A stretch of DNA of 64,000 bases. It comes from Halocynthiibacter sp. (GTDB lineage: Bacteria; Pseudomonadota; Alphaproteobacteria; Rhodobacterales; Rhodobacteraceae). The notes under the pieces are model-generated. The model made no database searches. It worked only from the letters and a program-made list of their open reading frames with translations, and was not told the origin of the DNA. The position numbers were made by a program, and so were the translations under genes. This document shows positions 1-10,413 of the stretch, piece by piece (position 1 is the first letter of the stretch; each line of letters opens with the position of its first letter). The DNA lies in assembly GCA_047631555.1 (NCBI GenBank), contig JBLHZY010000002.1, positions 353,745-417,744 on the forward strand, written 5' to 3'.

Positions 1-2588
1 GCCTCCAAGGTCGGTGTGGGCGCCGCCTGTGATAGGGGTGCTGGTGCTGCGGGTTCGCTCGGCGCAGTTTCAACCAATGGCGGCTGAACCGGCGCGCAGC
101 CTTGCGGGGCCTCTTCTTCGATGCGCCCAATGATGGCGGCTTTGCGGAGCGGCTTTGTTAGGTAGTGATCAAGGCCCGCGGCGAGGATTTCTTGGTCGTC
201 TCCTGCCATTGCATGGGCGGTGAGGGCGACAATTGGAATATGCCCGCCGCTTTGCGCTTCAAGCGCGCGGATTTGGCGGGTGGCTTCTTTTCCATCGACC
301 TCTGGCATCGAGATATCCATGAAAATAAGATCGGGCGAGAAGCTTTGATATAGCTCGATGGCTTCGCGGCCGTTGCTCGCGAAGGTGAGCTCAATATCGA
401 GGGTTTTGACCATTTTTCTAAAGACGAGCTGGTTGGTTTTGTTGTCTTCGGCGGCAAGGATTCGCATTTTGCGCGCTTCCAGTGGTGCAGGGATTTCAGG
501 CGCGCGCGATACAGGGATTTCTGGCGCAGCTTGCGGCAGTTCTTCGGGTTCTTCAACGGCAAGCGTTGCCTCGATCTGCGGCGGCACGGGCGCTTCAGCT
601 TCGACGGTTTCAACAGGAGCATCGGGGGAAGGCGTCTCGAGAGGCGCTAGGTCAACGGGCGCGGGCAAGTCTGCCTCAGGCTCAACCACCGAGCTTGCCT
701 CAGGCTCAACCACCGAGCTCGCCTCAGGCTCAACAACCGAGCTCGCCTCTGGCTCAACAACCGGGGCTGCCTCAGGCTCACCAACCGGGGCGGGCGTTTG
801 GGGCATTTCAACAATTTCGATCAGAGGTGCGGGCTCAGCTTGAGCAGGTATCGAGATTGGGTTTTGTTTGGGTGCTTCGAGATCAGACAGTGTTTGGGTG
901 AGATCACGGCGCAGCAGGGGCTTTTGCAGCATTTTGGTGCCTTGGAGGCTCAATTTGCTGGCCGAGACAGGTCCGGCCGTCATCAGGAGTATGGGTGTTT
1001 CGCCTTGGACTGCGCGGATATCCTGAACGAGCGCGTCGATGTCGACACCAGGCAAGGACTGGTCGATGAGATATATGTCGCCCGGCGCAGGCCAAGCTTG
1101 GCGCAGCGCGTCATGGCTATCAAATTCAGCAACTTCGAGACCAAGGCGGCGCAGTTGCTTTTCAACGATTGAGCGATGCGCCTCTTGATGGTCAATGAGA
1201 ACAGCGCGGTGAATCCAGCTTGGCACTGTGATGGTCCGTTCGTTTGCGGGTTCTGCGACGGGCATTGTGATGTGAAAGCCAAAACAGGACCCTTGGCCGT
1301 ATTCGCTTTCGGCCCAGATTTCGCCGCCCATCAAGACAACCAATTCTTTGGTGATGGCTAGGCCAAGGCCAGTTCCTTCGAACTTGCGATTGCGCTCATC
1401 TTCGACCTGGTTGAAGGAGCCGAAAACATGTTCGATCATGTCGGGTCGGATGCCGATGCCGGTATCTTCGACGGAGACATGCACGCGCTCTTCGATGCCG
1501 TCGCCTTGGGGGAGGCCAACAGCGCGGATTAGGACATGGCCTTTGTCGGTGAATTTCACCGCATTGCCGATTAGGTTGATCAAGATCTGACGCAACCGCC
1601 CGGAATCGCCAATAAATTTAGCAGGCAGGAACATATCGAAATCGATAATCAGATCGACGCCTTTTTCATGCGCGGCAGGCTGAAGCAGGATGACAACCTC
1701 GTGGATGCAGCGCTCCAGATCGAATTCGGCGGAATGCAGGATAAGCTTTTCGGCTTCGATTTTGGAGTAATCGAGCACGTCATTGATCAGGCCAAGCAGC
1801 GCCTCGCCAGAGCTTTTGATTGTATTGACATAGAGGCGCTGTTCTTCATCAAGAATGCCCTCGGTAAGCAACTCGGCCATGCCAACGACGCCGTTCATTG
1901 GGGTGCGCAGCTCATGGCTCATATTGGCAAGGAAGGCGGATTTGGCGCGGTTGGCCGCCTCGGCCTTGTTGCGCGCCTCTTTCAGCTCGCTTTCATATTT
2001 GATCGTATCGGTAATATCGAGCGCGAGCGAAACCATATCGCCATCGCGCGAGCGACGATCAATGCATTTGATATAGGTGCCGTTCCAGAGGCGAATTGTG
2101 ACCGGTTCAATCACCTGGCCATACCAACGGGTTAGCGCCATATCGATCCATTCGCGCCGCGAGAATTTGCCGATATCTACGAGGCCTTCATCGACCATAA
2201 GATGAACAACTTCCTCGTAGGAAATCCCCATTTTGACCATTTCGAGATCTTCAAACAGGCCCAGATAGGCGCCATTTGCGGCGATCATCACATCTTTTTG
2301 GTCAAAAACCGCGAAGCCATCATCGATTGTTTGGACCGAATCCCATAGGCGGCGCTCAGCGATCGTGACGGCTTGGTTGGCGCGTTCTAGATCCTCAAGG
2401 ACCTGATCATTGCGTCCGCGCAAAACTTCGGTTTCTTCGCGCTTGACGATAATTTCGTTGGAAAGGCTGCGCGCATGTCTCTCAAGCTTTTGATTTGCTT
2501 TGAAAAGTTCGGCTTGCTTGGATTCAAGTAGACGTTCGGCGGCAAGCCTTGCGCGGCGTTCGTGTGCAAAATCATCAGTTTGGCTCAT
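1..2588 (-). CDS. Hybrid sensor histidine kinase/response regulator (coiled-coil/PAS-like N-terminus, HisKA, HATPase, degenerate receiver, repeat linker, C-terminal receiver). The 3' end runs off the window.
   Basis: My own reverse-strand translation starts at ATG 2588 (MSQTDDFAHERRARLAAERLLE...). It shows an H-box (SHELRTPMNGV), N/G boxes (NLIGNAVKFT, GTGLGL) and a receiver (RILAAEDNKTNQ...FMDISMPEVDG...LTKPL). The frame stays open to position 1. It is absent from the ORF track, presumably because it has no stop inside the window. Confidence 0.85.
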   Translation of the reverse strand, partial: MSQTDDFAHERRARLAAERLLESKQAELFKANQKLERHARSLSNEIIVKREETEVLRGRNDQVLEDLERANQAVTIAERRLWDSVQTIDDGFAVFDQKDVMIAANGAYLGLFEDLEMVKMGISYEEVVHLMVDEGLVDIGKFSRREWIDMALTRWYGQVIEPVTIRLWNGTYIKCIDRRSRDGDMVSLALDITDTIKYESELKEARNKAEAANRAKSAFLANMSHELRTPMNGVVGMAELLTEGILDEEQRLYVNTIKSSGEALLGLINDVLDYSKIEAEKLILHSAEFDLERCIHEVVILLQPAAHEKGVDLIIDFDMFLPAKFIGDSGRLRQILINLIGNAVKFTDKGHVLIRAVGLPQGDGIEERVHVSVEDTGIGIRPDMIEHVFGSFNQVEDERNRKFEGTGLGLAITKELVVLMGGEIWAESEYGQGSCFGFHITMPVAEPANERTITVPSWIHRAVLIDHQEAHRSIVEKQLRRLGLEVAEFDSHDALRQAWPAPGDIYLIDQSLPGVDIDALVQDIRAVQGETPILLMTAGPVSASKLSLQGTKMLQKPLLRRDLTQTLSDLEAPKQNPISIPAQAEPAPLIEIVEMPQTPAPVGEPEAAPVVEPEASSVVEPEASSVVEPEASSVVEPEADLPAPVDLAPLETPSPDAPVETVEAEAPVPPQIEATLAVEEPEELPQAAPEIPVSRAPEIPAPLEARKMRILAAEDNKTNQLVFRKMVKTLDIELTFASNGREAIELYQSFSPDLIFMDISMPEVDGKEATRQIRALEAQSGGHIPIVALTAHAMAGDDQEILAAGLDHYLTKPLRKAAIIGRIEEEAPQGCAPVQPPLVETAPSEPAAPAPLSQAAPTPTLE
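673..792. repeat. In-frame 24-bp tandem repeat of about 5 units inside the histidine-kinase inter-domain linker.
   Basis: Units gcctcaggctcaaccaccgagctt / ...gagctc / ...aacaaccgagctc / ...ccggggct / ... are read directly. On the minus strand they encode repeated EPEASSVV-like octapeptides. Confidence 0.9.
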
Positions 2589-2753
2589 GCCCATTCTCTC
2601 CGTCAGTCGCAGGCTGTTTCTGGCGCTACGTTTCGGCATTTTGGCGCAATGAAGTGAACAGGGCCTTAACCGAGATGAATGGGCGGCGGGGAATCATTTG
2701 ATCCTGTGGGCTGGGCTGTGCGAGCATGGGATATTATTAAAAAGGAGATTTTG

Positions 2754-5700
2754 ATGCGCTGGGTTTCTCAAGGGTTTGCGGCATTGGCCGTTGTTATGTT
2801 TTCCACGCTTCCGGCGTTCGCCGAGGGCCCAATTCCAGAGCGGCGCATCGCCATCTCGCGTAACGTAGATTTTTACGGCGCAGACTTGGCCAATATTTTC
2901 GATGTGACATTGGAGGCCTGCCAAATCGCTTGCCTTTCAAATGCCCGGTGCGAGGCCTTTACATATAACAGCCGCTCGCAGTCCTGTTTCCCGAAGTCTT
3001 CTATCTCTGAGCGGGTTGAATATGAGGGCGCGATTTCGGCGCAGGTTTTGGCCAGCGATCCAAGGGTTTTGGCGCGGGCTGATGCGCGGGTAGGTGAGCT
3101 GAGCTTTTTGAGCAGCCGCGATATTGCGCGCGCGCGTGACATGGCCGAAAGCTTGCCGCGCGATCATGCCGTTGGCAGCTGGAGCGTTGAGGATTTTTTA
3201 CGCAGTCAGGAAAAGGCGCGCGGTGAGGATCGTTTGAGCGATGCGCGCTGGTTTACGGGGGCTGCGATCGTTTTGTCGGATGCGCCTGATCTTTGGGTCG
3301 ATTATGCGGTGCAATCGCTGGAATTTGCCGCGACGCGTAATAACGATAAGCGCAAGTATCAGCTGTCTGCCATTGATGCGTCGATCAACGGGTATTTGCG
3401 GGCGGAATCCGCGCCTATTCGTGCCTCTGCTTTGGCGGTGATGGCGCAGGCGTTTGAGACGCAGGGGCGGGGCCGCGATATGATCCCGGCGCTTCGTTTG
3501 GCCCAAGCGTTGCAGCCCCGTGATGATACGGCGCGCGCGCTTGACAAGGCGATTGGCAAATATGGGTTTCGCGTGATTGAGCACCGCGTTGATAGTGATG
3601 CCGCACAGCCGCGGATTTGCGCGGAATTCTCCCAGAGCTTGGTTGAGAGTGGCGTCGATTATGATCCCTTTGTGCAGGTTGAGGATGCAGGTCTTGTGGC
3701 CGAGGCAGAGGGGCATCAGCTTTGTCTGTCTGGCGTCAAGCACGGCGCGCGCTACCGGGTGACTTTGCGCGAAGGCCTTCCGGCCGCATCGGGCGAAGTT
3801 TTGACGCGTTCTGTTGATTTGGTGCTTTATGTGCGCGATCGCGAGCCGAAGGTTTGGTTTCCTGGGCGGGGCTATATCCTGCCTGCCGGTGGGCCTGTGG
3901 CTTTGCCGCTTTCGGGGGTGAATGTAAGTGAGGTGGCGCTGACGCTTTCGAAGGTTTCGGATCGCAATTTGGTGCGTGCTGTGCGCGAGGATTTCTTTGG
4001 GGCGCGCATGTCGTATTGGATGGGTAAGCAGTTTAACCGCGACATTGCGCAAGAGGTTTGGTCCGGTACGGGCACGCTTGAGATGCAGCTCAATACAGAC
4101 GTGACAACACGTTTGCCGATTGGCGAAGGTGCGGGGGATTTGGAGCCGGGAGTTTATGTGCTTTCGGCGCGGGTTCCGGGCGGGGATGACTATGATGATC
4201 CGACGGCGACACAGTGGTTTGTTGTCTCTGATCTTGGCTTGGCGACGATGCAGGGCAGTGATGGATTGCATGTGTTCGTGCGCTCGCTTGGCTCGGCTGA
4301 TCCGCTTGAGGGCGCGGAGGTGACGTTGCTTTCAAACGCGAATGCGGTGCTGGGAACGGCTTTGAGCGATGCGCAGGGCTATGCGCTTTTCGCGCCAGGG
4401 CTTTCGCGCGGATTGGGGGCCAAAGCGCCTGCGATGATCAGCGTGAAGCGGGTGGATGGTTCCAATGAACTGGACGATTTGGCGTTTTTGCCGCTGGAGG
4501 GGCCTGCGTTTGATCTTTCAGATCGCGGCGTCGAGGGGCGCGCGCCTGCGGGGCCAATTGATGTTTTCCTCACAACAGATCGCGGCGCATACCACGCAGG
4601 CGAAGTGATCCATGCGACGGCTTTGGCGCGCGACCCAAAGGTTGCCGCGCTTGAGGGCTTGCCGCTTACGGCCGTTTTGAGCCGCCCAGATGGGGTTGAA
4701 TACAGTCGCGGATTGGCGCAATCGGTTTTGGCTGGTGGGCATGTCTTTGCATTGCCTGTTGGCGCAACTGTTGCGCGCGGGACGTGGCGTTTGGCGCTTT
4801 ACTCTGATCCTGAGGCGCCCTCCTTGGCCGAAACCACGGTTTTGATCGAGGATTTCTTGCCCGAGCGGATCGATTTTGATCTGGCCTTGCCAGAGGGCGA
4901 TTTACAGGCCAGCGACCATGCGCCGCTTAGCATTGATGCGCGATACCTTTATGGCGCGCCTGCGGGCGGGCTTGAGATTGAGGGCGAAGTTCAACTGATT
5001 GCGGCGCGCGGCTTGGCAGATTATCCGGGCTATCGTTTTGGCCGCCACGATCAGCGCTTTGACAGCATTGGCGCGGGGCTGCCTGCGGGCTTGCGCACGG
5101 ATGCGCAAGGCAAAGCGATTGTTGAAATGCGCCTTCCGGTGATTGATCAAGAAGGCCGGGCAGCGCGCCCCTTAGAGGCGCGGATTACAGCGCGCATTTC
5201 CGAAGGCTCAGGCCGCCCGGTTGAGCGCGAAATCATCCGTGCCGTGGCGCCGACAGGCGCGATGGTTGGGATCAAACCTGCGTTTGAAGATGATCTAGAA
5301 GAAGGCGCAATGGCGCGCTTTGATGTGCTTACCTTGGGCGCGAATGGCGCGCCTGAAGCGATGGATTTGGTTTGGGAAGTGAACCGCCTGACGACCAATT
5401 ATCAATGGTATACCGCTGGCGGCGATTGGAACTGGGAGCCGGTGACATCGCGCAAGCGGATCGCTTCGGGCGCGATCACATCGACAGGCGATGGCGCGCC
5501 GGTTCAGATCGAAGCCCAAACCGATTGGGGCCAGTATGAGCTTCGGATAACCCGCGCGGATGGCGGCCAGTATACGGCAGGTTCGGTTGGGTTTTCTTCT
5601 GGCTGGTATGCGGCTGAGGGCGCAACAGATACGCCGGATATGCTGCAAGTCTCCCTTGATGCGCAGGCTTATTCTGTCGGCGATACCGCCCGTTTGCGCA

Positions 5701-8246
5701 TCAATGCGCGCGATGCAGGCAAGGCGTTGATTACGGTGATGTCGAACCGCTTGATCGATATGAAGGCGGTCGAGCTTGCCCAAGGAGAGAGCGAAATTGA
5801 TCTACCTGTGACGGATGAATGGGGTGCGGGTGCTTATGTCACCGCGACGCTTATTCGCCCGCTTGATCGGGCCGGGTCGCGCAACCCAACCCGCGCTTTG
5901 GGGCTTGCTTACGCGCCTGTCGCGCCGGGCAAACGGGCGCTTAAGGTGGCCTTTGATATGCCGGAGGAGGCCGCACCGCGCGGCCCGATGGATATTGCTC
6001 TGCGGGTGAGCGGGGCTGCGCCGGGCGAGCAGATTTATGCAACGATTGCTGCGGTGGACGTCGGCATTCTCAATCTCACAGGTTTCGCGGCACCCGATCC
6101 AAGTGAATACTATTTCGGCCAGCGCCGTCTTGGGATGGGGCTTCGGGATATTTATGGACGGCTGATTGATGGCATGTCTGGCGCGATGGGAACAGTGCGC
6201 TCTGGCGGCGATGCGATGGCGCAGATGCGGATGCAATCGCCCCCGCCGACCCAAGAACTGATGGCGGCTTTCTCTGGCCCGCTTGAGGTTGGGGCGGATG
6301 GCATGGCGCGCACGCAGATTGATTTGCCCGCGTTTAATGGCACTGTGCGCTTGATGGCTGTGGCGTGGTCTTTGAGCGCAATTGGGCAAGCGGACACAGA
6401 TGTTTTGGTGCGTGATCCTGTCGTGCTGACCGCTACATTGCCGCGCTTTATGGCGCCGGGGGATCGCGCGCGGATGCTGCTTGAGATCGCCCATGCGAAA
6501 GGGCCTTCTGGGCCGATTGAGCTTGGCTTTGTCGCAGATGGATTGGCGCTTGATCTGCGTGGTCTCTCGCAAGACCTTGAGATCAAAGAGGGCCAAAAGC
6601 TTGCACTCAACATCCCGCTTGAGGCCCTATCCCCGGGTGATCACAGCATCAAAATATCGCTCAAAACGCCGGGCGGTGAGCAGCTTTCGCAGACGATTGC
6701 GATGGCGGTTCGGCGCAACGATCCAGAGATCACCCAAACGCGCCGCCTCTCTCTTGCGTCGGGCAAAAGCTTTACCCTGTCGCGAGATGTTTTTGCCGGG
6801 CTTGCGCCGGGAACTGGGCGCGCCTCGCTCGCCATCGGACCGCTGGCGCGCTTTGATGTGCCGGGGCTGTTGCAGGCGCTTGATCGCTATCCATATGGCT
6901 GCACCGAGCAAGTGACCTCTCGTGCGCTGCCGCTGCTCTACCTTGATGAGGTGGCGACAGCGATGGGGCTTGGTTCGCGCGATCAGGTGAGCCTGCGGAT
7001 CAGCCAAGCAATTGGGGCGGTTCTGGCCAATCAAGATAGCAACGGGGCCTTTGGGCTTTGGGGGGCTGGTTCGGGCGATTTGTGGCTTGATGCCTATGTT
7101 TCGGATTTCCTCTCAAGGGCGCGCGCCCAAGGGCATGACATCCCCGATAAGGCGTTTCGCGGCGCAATGGATAACCTGCGCAACCGAGTGAACTATGCCG
7201 CTGATTTCGATGAAGGCGGTGGTGAGCTTGCCTATGCGCTTTATGTTTTGGCGCGCGAAGGGGCGGCCTCGGTTGGCGATCTGCGCTACTATGCGGATGT
7301 AAAGCGCGATGCCTTTACCTCGCCGCTTGGTGCGGCCCAGCTTGGCGCGGCTTTGGCGGCTTACGGCGATCCAACGCGGGCGGATCGGATGTTTCGTCGG
7401 GCTGGGTCTTTGCTTGCGGATCAAGGCGATGGGTCTCGCCAAACGTGGCGCGCGGATTACGGCACGCCACAGCGCGATGCGGCGGCTGTATTGACGCTGG
7501 CTGTTGAGGCGGGTTCAAACGCGGTTGATCGTGAAAGCCTGAGTGCGCGCTTGTCACCCCGCGCAGGAACGCGCGCGCTGTCGACGCAAGAGCGCGTCTG
7601 GCAATTGCTGGCGGCAAATGCGCTGATTGGGGATGGCAGTGGGGCCGAGGGGATTTTGCTCAACGGCGCGGTGCCAAGCGGGCCATTGGTGCGCGCGCTC
7701 GATGACCAACCCGGCGCGCAAAACGCTGTGTTTGACAACACCTCCGCGCGCGATGTTCAGCTCACCCTGACAACCTTCGGCATCCCCGAAGTGGCCGAGC
7801 CAGCAGGCGGCAATGGCTATGCGATCACGCGCGAATATTATTCGATGGACGGGGCGCCGATTGATCCGGCAAATATTGTGCAAGGCGCGCGCATGGTGGC
7901 TGTGCTGAACGTTCAGCCTTGGAGCAATTCAGAGGCGCGCTTGATGATTTCGGATCCGCTGCCAGCGGGCTTTGAGATTGATAATCCGAACCTGCTGCGC
8001 GCGGGCGATATTGCTGCGCTTGATTGGCTCAAAGTGATGCGCAACACTGAGACGACCGAGTTTCGCGCGGATCGCTTTTTGGCGGCTGTTGATTGGCGCT
8101 CGGAGGATGCGTTTCGCTTGGCCTATGTTGTCCGCGCGATCACGCCGGGTGCGTTTCATCATCCCGCCGCCAGCGTTGAAGACATGTACCGCCCAACGTT
8201 TCGCGCCCATAGCGAGACGGGCCGCGTTGTGATTGCGGCGCAGTAG
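2754..8246 (+). CDS. Alpha-2-macroglobulin family protein (YfhM/ECAM-like) with an N-terminal PAN/Apple-like module and an intact thioester motif.
   Basis: The product is about 1830 aa. The start is set at ATG 2754, preceded by aaggag, giving the signal peptide MRWVSQGFAALAVVMFSTLPAFA. A Cys-rich PAN-like block (EACQIACLSNARCEAFTYNSRSQSCFPKS) follows. The thioester motif GCTEQ lies at nt 6900-6911 (YPYGCTEQV). It is followed immediately by pbpC, the classic pairing. Confidence 0.9.
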   Translation: MRWVSQGFAALAVVMFSTLPAFAEGPIPERRIAISRNVDFYGADLANIFDVTLEACQIACLSNARCEAFTYNSRSQSCFPKSSISERVEYEGAISAQVLASDPRVLARADARVGELSFLSSRDIARARDMAESLPRDHAVGSWSVEDFLRSQEKARGEDRLSDARWFTGAAIVLSDAPDLWVDYAVQSLEFAATRNNDKRKYQLSAIDASINGYLRAESAPIRASALAVMAQAFETQGRGRDMIPALRLAQALQPRDDTARALDKAIGKYGFRVIEHRVDSDAAQPRICAEFSQSLVESGVDYDPFVQVEDAGLVAEAEGHQLCLSGVKHGARYRVTLREGLPAASGEVLTRSVDLVLYVRDREPKVWFPGRGYILPAGGPVALPLSGVNVSEVALTLSKVSDRNLVRAVREDFFGARMSYWMGKQFNRDIAQEVWSGTGTLEMQLNTDVTTRLPIGEGAGDLEPGVYVLSARVPGGDDYDDPTATQWFVVSDLGLATMQGSDGLHVFVRSLGSADPLEGAEVTLLSNANAVLGTALSDAQGYALFAPGLSRGLGAKAPAMISVKRVDGSNELDDLAFLPLEGPAFDLSDRGVEGRAPAGPIDVFLTTDRGAYHAGEVIHATALARDPKVAALEGLPLTAVLSRPDGVEYSRGLAQSVLAGGHVFALPVGATVARGTWRLALYSDPEAPSLAETTVLIEDFLPERIDFDLALPEGDLQASDHAPLSIDARYLYGAPAGGLEIEGEVQLIAARGLADYPGYRFGRHDQRFDSIGAGLPAGLRTDAQGKAIVEMRLPVIDQEGRAARPLEARITARISEGSGRPVEREIIRAVAPTGAMVGIKPAFEDDLEEGAMARFDVLTLGANGAPEAMDLVWEVNRLTTNYQWYTAGGDWNWEPVTSRKRIASGAITSTGDGAPVQIEAQTDWGQYELRITRADGGQYTAGSVGFSSGWYAAEGATDTPDMLQVSLDAQAYSVGDTARLRINARDAGKALITVMSNRLIDMKAVELAQGESEIDLPVTDEWGAGAYVTATLIRPLDRAGSRNPTRALGLAYAPVAPGKRALKVAFDMPEEAAPRGPMDIALRVSGAAPGEQIYATIAAVDVGILNLTGFAAPDPSEYYFGQRRLGMGLRDIYGRLIDGMSGAMGTVRSGGDAMAQMRMQSPPPTQELMAAFSGPLEVGADGMARTQIDLPAFNGTVRLMAVAWSLSAIGQADTDVLVRDPVVLTATLPRFMAPGDRARMLLEIAHAKGPSGPIELGFVADGLALDLRGLSQDLEIKEGQKLALNIPLEALSPGDHSIKISLKTPGGEQLSQTIAMAVRRNDPEITQTRRLSLASGKSFTLSRDVFAGLAPGTGRASLAIGPLARFDVPGLLQALDRYPYGCTEQVTSRALPLLYLDEVATAMGLGSRDQVSLRISQAIGAVLANQDSNGAFGLWGAGSGDLWLDAYVSDFLSRARAQGHDIPDKAFRGAMDNLRNRVNYAADFDEGGGELAYALYVLAREGAASVGDLRYYADVKRDAFTSPLGAAQLGAALAAYGDPTRADRMFRRAGSLLADQGDGSRQTWRADYGTPQRDAAAVLTLAVEAGSNAVDRESLSARLSPRAGTRALSTQERVWQLLAANALIGDGSGAEGILLNGAVPSGPLVRALDDQPGAQNAVFDNTSARDVQLTLTTFGIPEVAEPAGGNGYAITREYYSMDGAPIDPANIVQGARMVAVLNVQPWSNSEARLMISDPLPAGFEIDNPNLLRAGDIAALDWLKVMRNTETTEFRADRFLAAVDWRSEDAFRLAYVVRAITPGAFHHPAASVEDMYRPTFRAHSETGRVVIAAQ

Positions 8247-8252
8247 GCCGGC

Positions 8253-10286
8253 ATGGTGCACCGCGCGCTCATAGGGCTGGTTATCGCGCTGTTTCTGGCG
8301 GCTTTTGGGCGCGATCAGGCGGATGATTGGATTGCGCGCACAGAACTTCCGGCTTTGGTGCAGCGTCATTCCCAAGAGGTGCTGGCGCGCGATGGCGCTT
8401 TGCTGCGCGCCTATCCGGTGGCGGATGGGCGCTGGCGGCTTCAGGGCGCCCTTTCGAGCACAGATAAGCGCTTTATCGAGATGTTGATCGCTTATGAGGA
8501 TAAGCGCTTTTATCGCCATCATGGTGTTGATCCGATTGCTTTGATGCGCGCCGTTGGGCAGGCTGTGCAGAGCGGTGAGATCGTTTCGGGCGGCTCGACA
8601 TTAACGATGCAAGTCGCGCGGCTTTTGGAGGAGGGGCCAACGGGATCGTGGCGCGGTAAACTGCGCCAAGCGCGGGTTGCTCTCGCTCTGGAACGCAAGC
8701 TGAGCAAAGCGGAAATCCTTGATCTCTATCTGGCGCGCGCGCCTTACGGGGGCAATATTGAAGGGCTGCGCGCCGCCTCGCTCGCTTGGTTCGCCAAAGA
8801 ACCTGCCCGCCTGACCCCGGCTCAAAGCGCGCTGCTTATTGCTCTGCCGCAATCCCCCGCCGCCCGCCGCCCAGATCGCCACCAAGAGGCAGCGAAATCC
8901 GCCCGCGATCGTGTGCTGTCCCGGCTTGCAAGGTCTGGCACTGTGTCGGCGGATGAAGCCCAAGCTGCCTTGCGCGATCCAATCCCAACTGCACGGTACA
9001 GCTTTCCAAAAAACGCCCCGCATTTGGCCGACCGTTTGCGCCGCGAAGCCCCCGATGCCCCCCGCATCCAAACAAGCATCGATGCCGCGCTTCAGGCCAA
9101 GGTCGAGGCGCTTGCTGCGAATGCTGCGCGCGCCTATCCCGATCTAACCGCAGCGCTGATCATTGCCGATCATCAAAGCGGTGCAATCCGCGCTTATGTT
9201 GGCTCGGCCGGCTATAGCGATGCACGCCTTGGCTATGTCGATATGGCAGCGGCGATCCGCTCGCCCGGCTCAACACTTAAGCCGCTGATCTATGGGCTCG
9301 CTTTTGATCAAGGCCTCGCTCACCCCGAAACCGTTATCGAGGATCGCCCGACCGCCTTTGGCAGCTATGCCCCGCAGAATTTCGATGGCCGTTTTCGTGG
9401 AACCATCGGCCTGCGAGAGGCTTTGATGCAATCGCTCAATATTCCCGCCGTAGCCCTTACCCAAGCCATTGGCCCTGAGCGGCTAATGGCAGGCCTGCGC
9501 CGCGCGGGCGTTGAGGCGCAATTGCCCGGGTCGGATGCGCCGGGCCTCGCGGTTGCGCTTGGCGGTGTTGGGATTTCATTGGAGGATATGGTGCAACTTT
9601 ATGCGGGCATCGCGCGCGGCGGCGAAAGCATTGCACTTTCCCCGCAACCGCAAACCTCAACCGGTTCAAGCGCGCGCATCCTCTCACAGGAATCCGCTTG
9701 GCATATTGGCAATATCCTCGCCGGAATTGCCCCGCCAGCGGGCGCCGCCCGTAATGGCCTTGCCTACAAAACAGGGACCTCTTATGGCCACAGAGATGCT
9801 TGGGCCATCGGCTTTGATGGGCAGCATGTTATCGGCGTTTGGCTTGGCCGCGCAGATGGCACGCCCGTTCCTGGGGTCTTTGGCGGCGAGCTTGCTGCGC
9901 CCGTGCTTTTTGACGCCTTTGCGCGCCTCAAACCAAAGACTGAGCCGCTCACGCCCCCACCACCAGCGACCCTGATCGCAAGCAACGCGATGCTTCCAAC
10001 CCCGCTTCAACATTTCCGCCCGCGTGATGCCCTTTTCGCGGCACCATTGGATGCGCCAAAGCTGGCCTTTCCGCCAAATGGCGCGATCCTTGCTGCTGCG
10101 CCTCGCTTGATTGCAAAAGTTGAAAAAGGCCGCCCGCCGTTTATTTGGCTGCTAAACGGGGCCGCTATCCAAAGCGCATCTTATGAGCGCCAAGCAGAAC
10201 TGCCTTGGCCGGGAAGCGGTTTTTCCACGCTGGCTGTGATCGATGCAGATGGTAGAGCAGCGCGCGCCCGATTTGAGCTGGAATAA
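8253..10286 (+). CDS. pbpC: Penicillin-binding protein 1C (bifunctional transglycosylase/transpeptidase).
   Basis: Glycosyltransferase-51 motifs are present (EDKRFYRHHGVDP, GGSTLTMQ). Transpeptidase motifs are SPGSTLKP (SxxK) and KTGTS. It starts 7 nt after the a2M stop. Confidence 0.9.
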   Translation: MVHRALIGLVIALFLAAFGRDQADDWIARTELPALVQRHSQEVLARDGALLRAYPVADGRWRLQGALSSTDKRFIEMLIAYEDKRFYRHHGVDPIALMRAVGQAVQSGEIVSGGSTLTMQVARLLEEGPTGSWRGKLRQARVALALERKLSKAEILDLYLARAPYGGNIEGLRAASLAWFAKEPARLTPAQSALLIALPQSPAARRPDRHQEAAKSARDRVLSRLARSGTVSADEAQAALRDPIPTARYSFPKNAPHLADRLRREAPDAPRIQTSIDAALQAKVEALAANAARAYPDLTAALIIADHQSGAIRAYVGSAGYSDARLGYVDMAAAIRSPGSTLKPLIYGLAFDQGLAHPETVIEDRPTAFGSYAPQNFDGRFRGTIGLREALMQSLNIPAVALTQAIGPERLMAGLRRAGVEAQLPGSDAPGLAVALGGVGISLEDMVQLYAGIARGGESIALSPQPQTSTGSSARILSQESAWHIGNILAGIAPPAGAARNGLAYKTGTSYGHRDAWAIGFDGQHVIGVWLGRADGTPVPGVFGGELAAPVLFDAFARLKPKTEPLTPPPPATLIASNAMLPTPLQHFRPRDALFAAPLDAPKLAFPPNGAILAAAPRLIAKVEKGRPPFIWLLNGAAIQSASYERQAELPWPGSGFSTLAVIDADGRAARARFELE

Positions 10287-10413
10287 GCTCTCTATGTTCC
10301 AGGCCCGCCGACTTTTTCTTGGTGCCAATACTCCCGCCGGAGGCACCTTTGGTTAGGGCCTTCGGCGAGAGTATTTTTGCAAGGAAAAGCCGGCGTGTTC
10401 CGGGCTTCTTTGA

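Noticed and set aside
3198-4271. A 357-aa minus-strand ORF, plus many other 60-260-aa ORFs, inside the alpha-2-macroglobulin gene.
   Set aside because: It is antisense to a gene with strong family motifs. Its composition is Arg/Pro/Ala-rich and low-complexity, typical of spurious open frames in GC-rich DNA, and it has no recognisable motifs.
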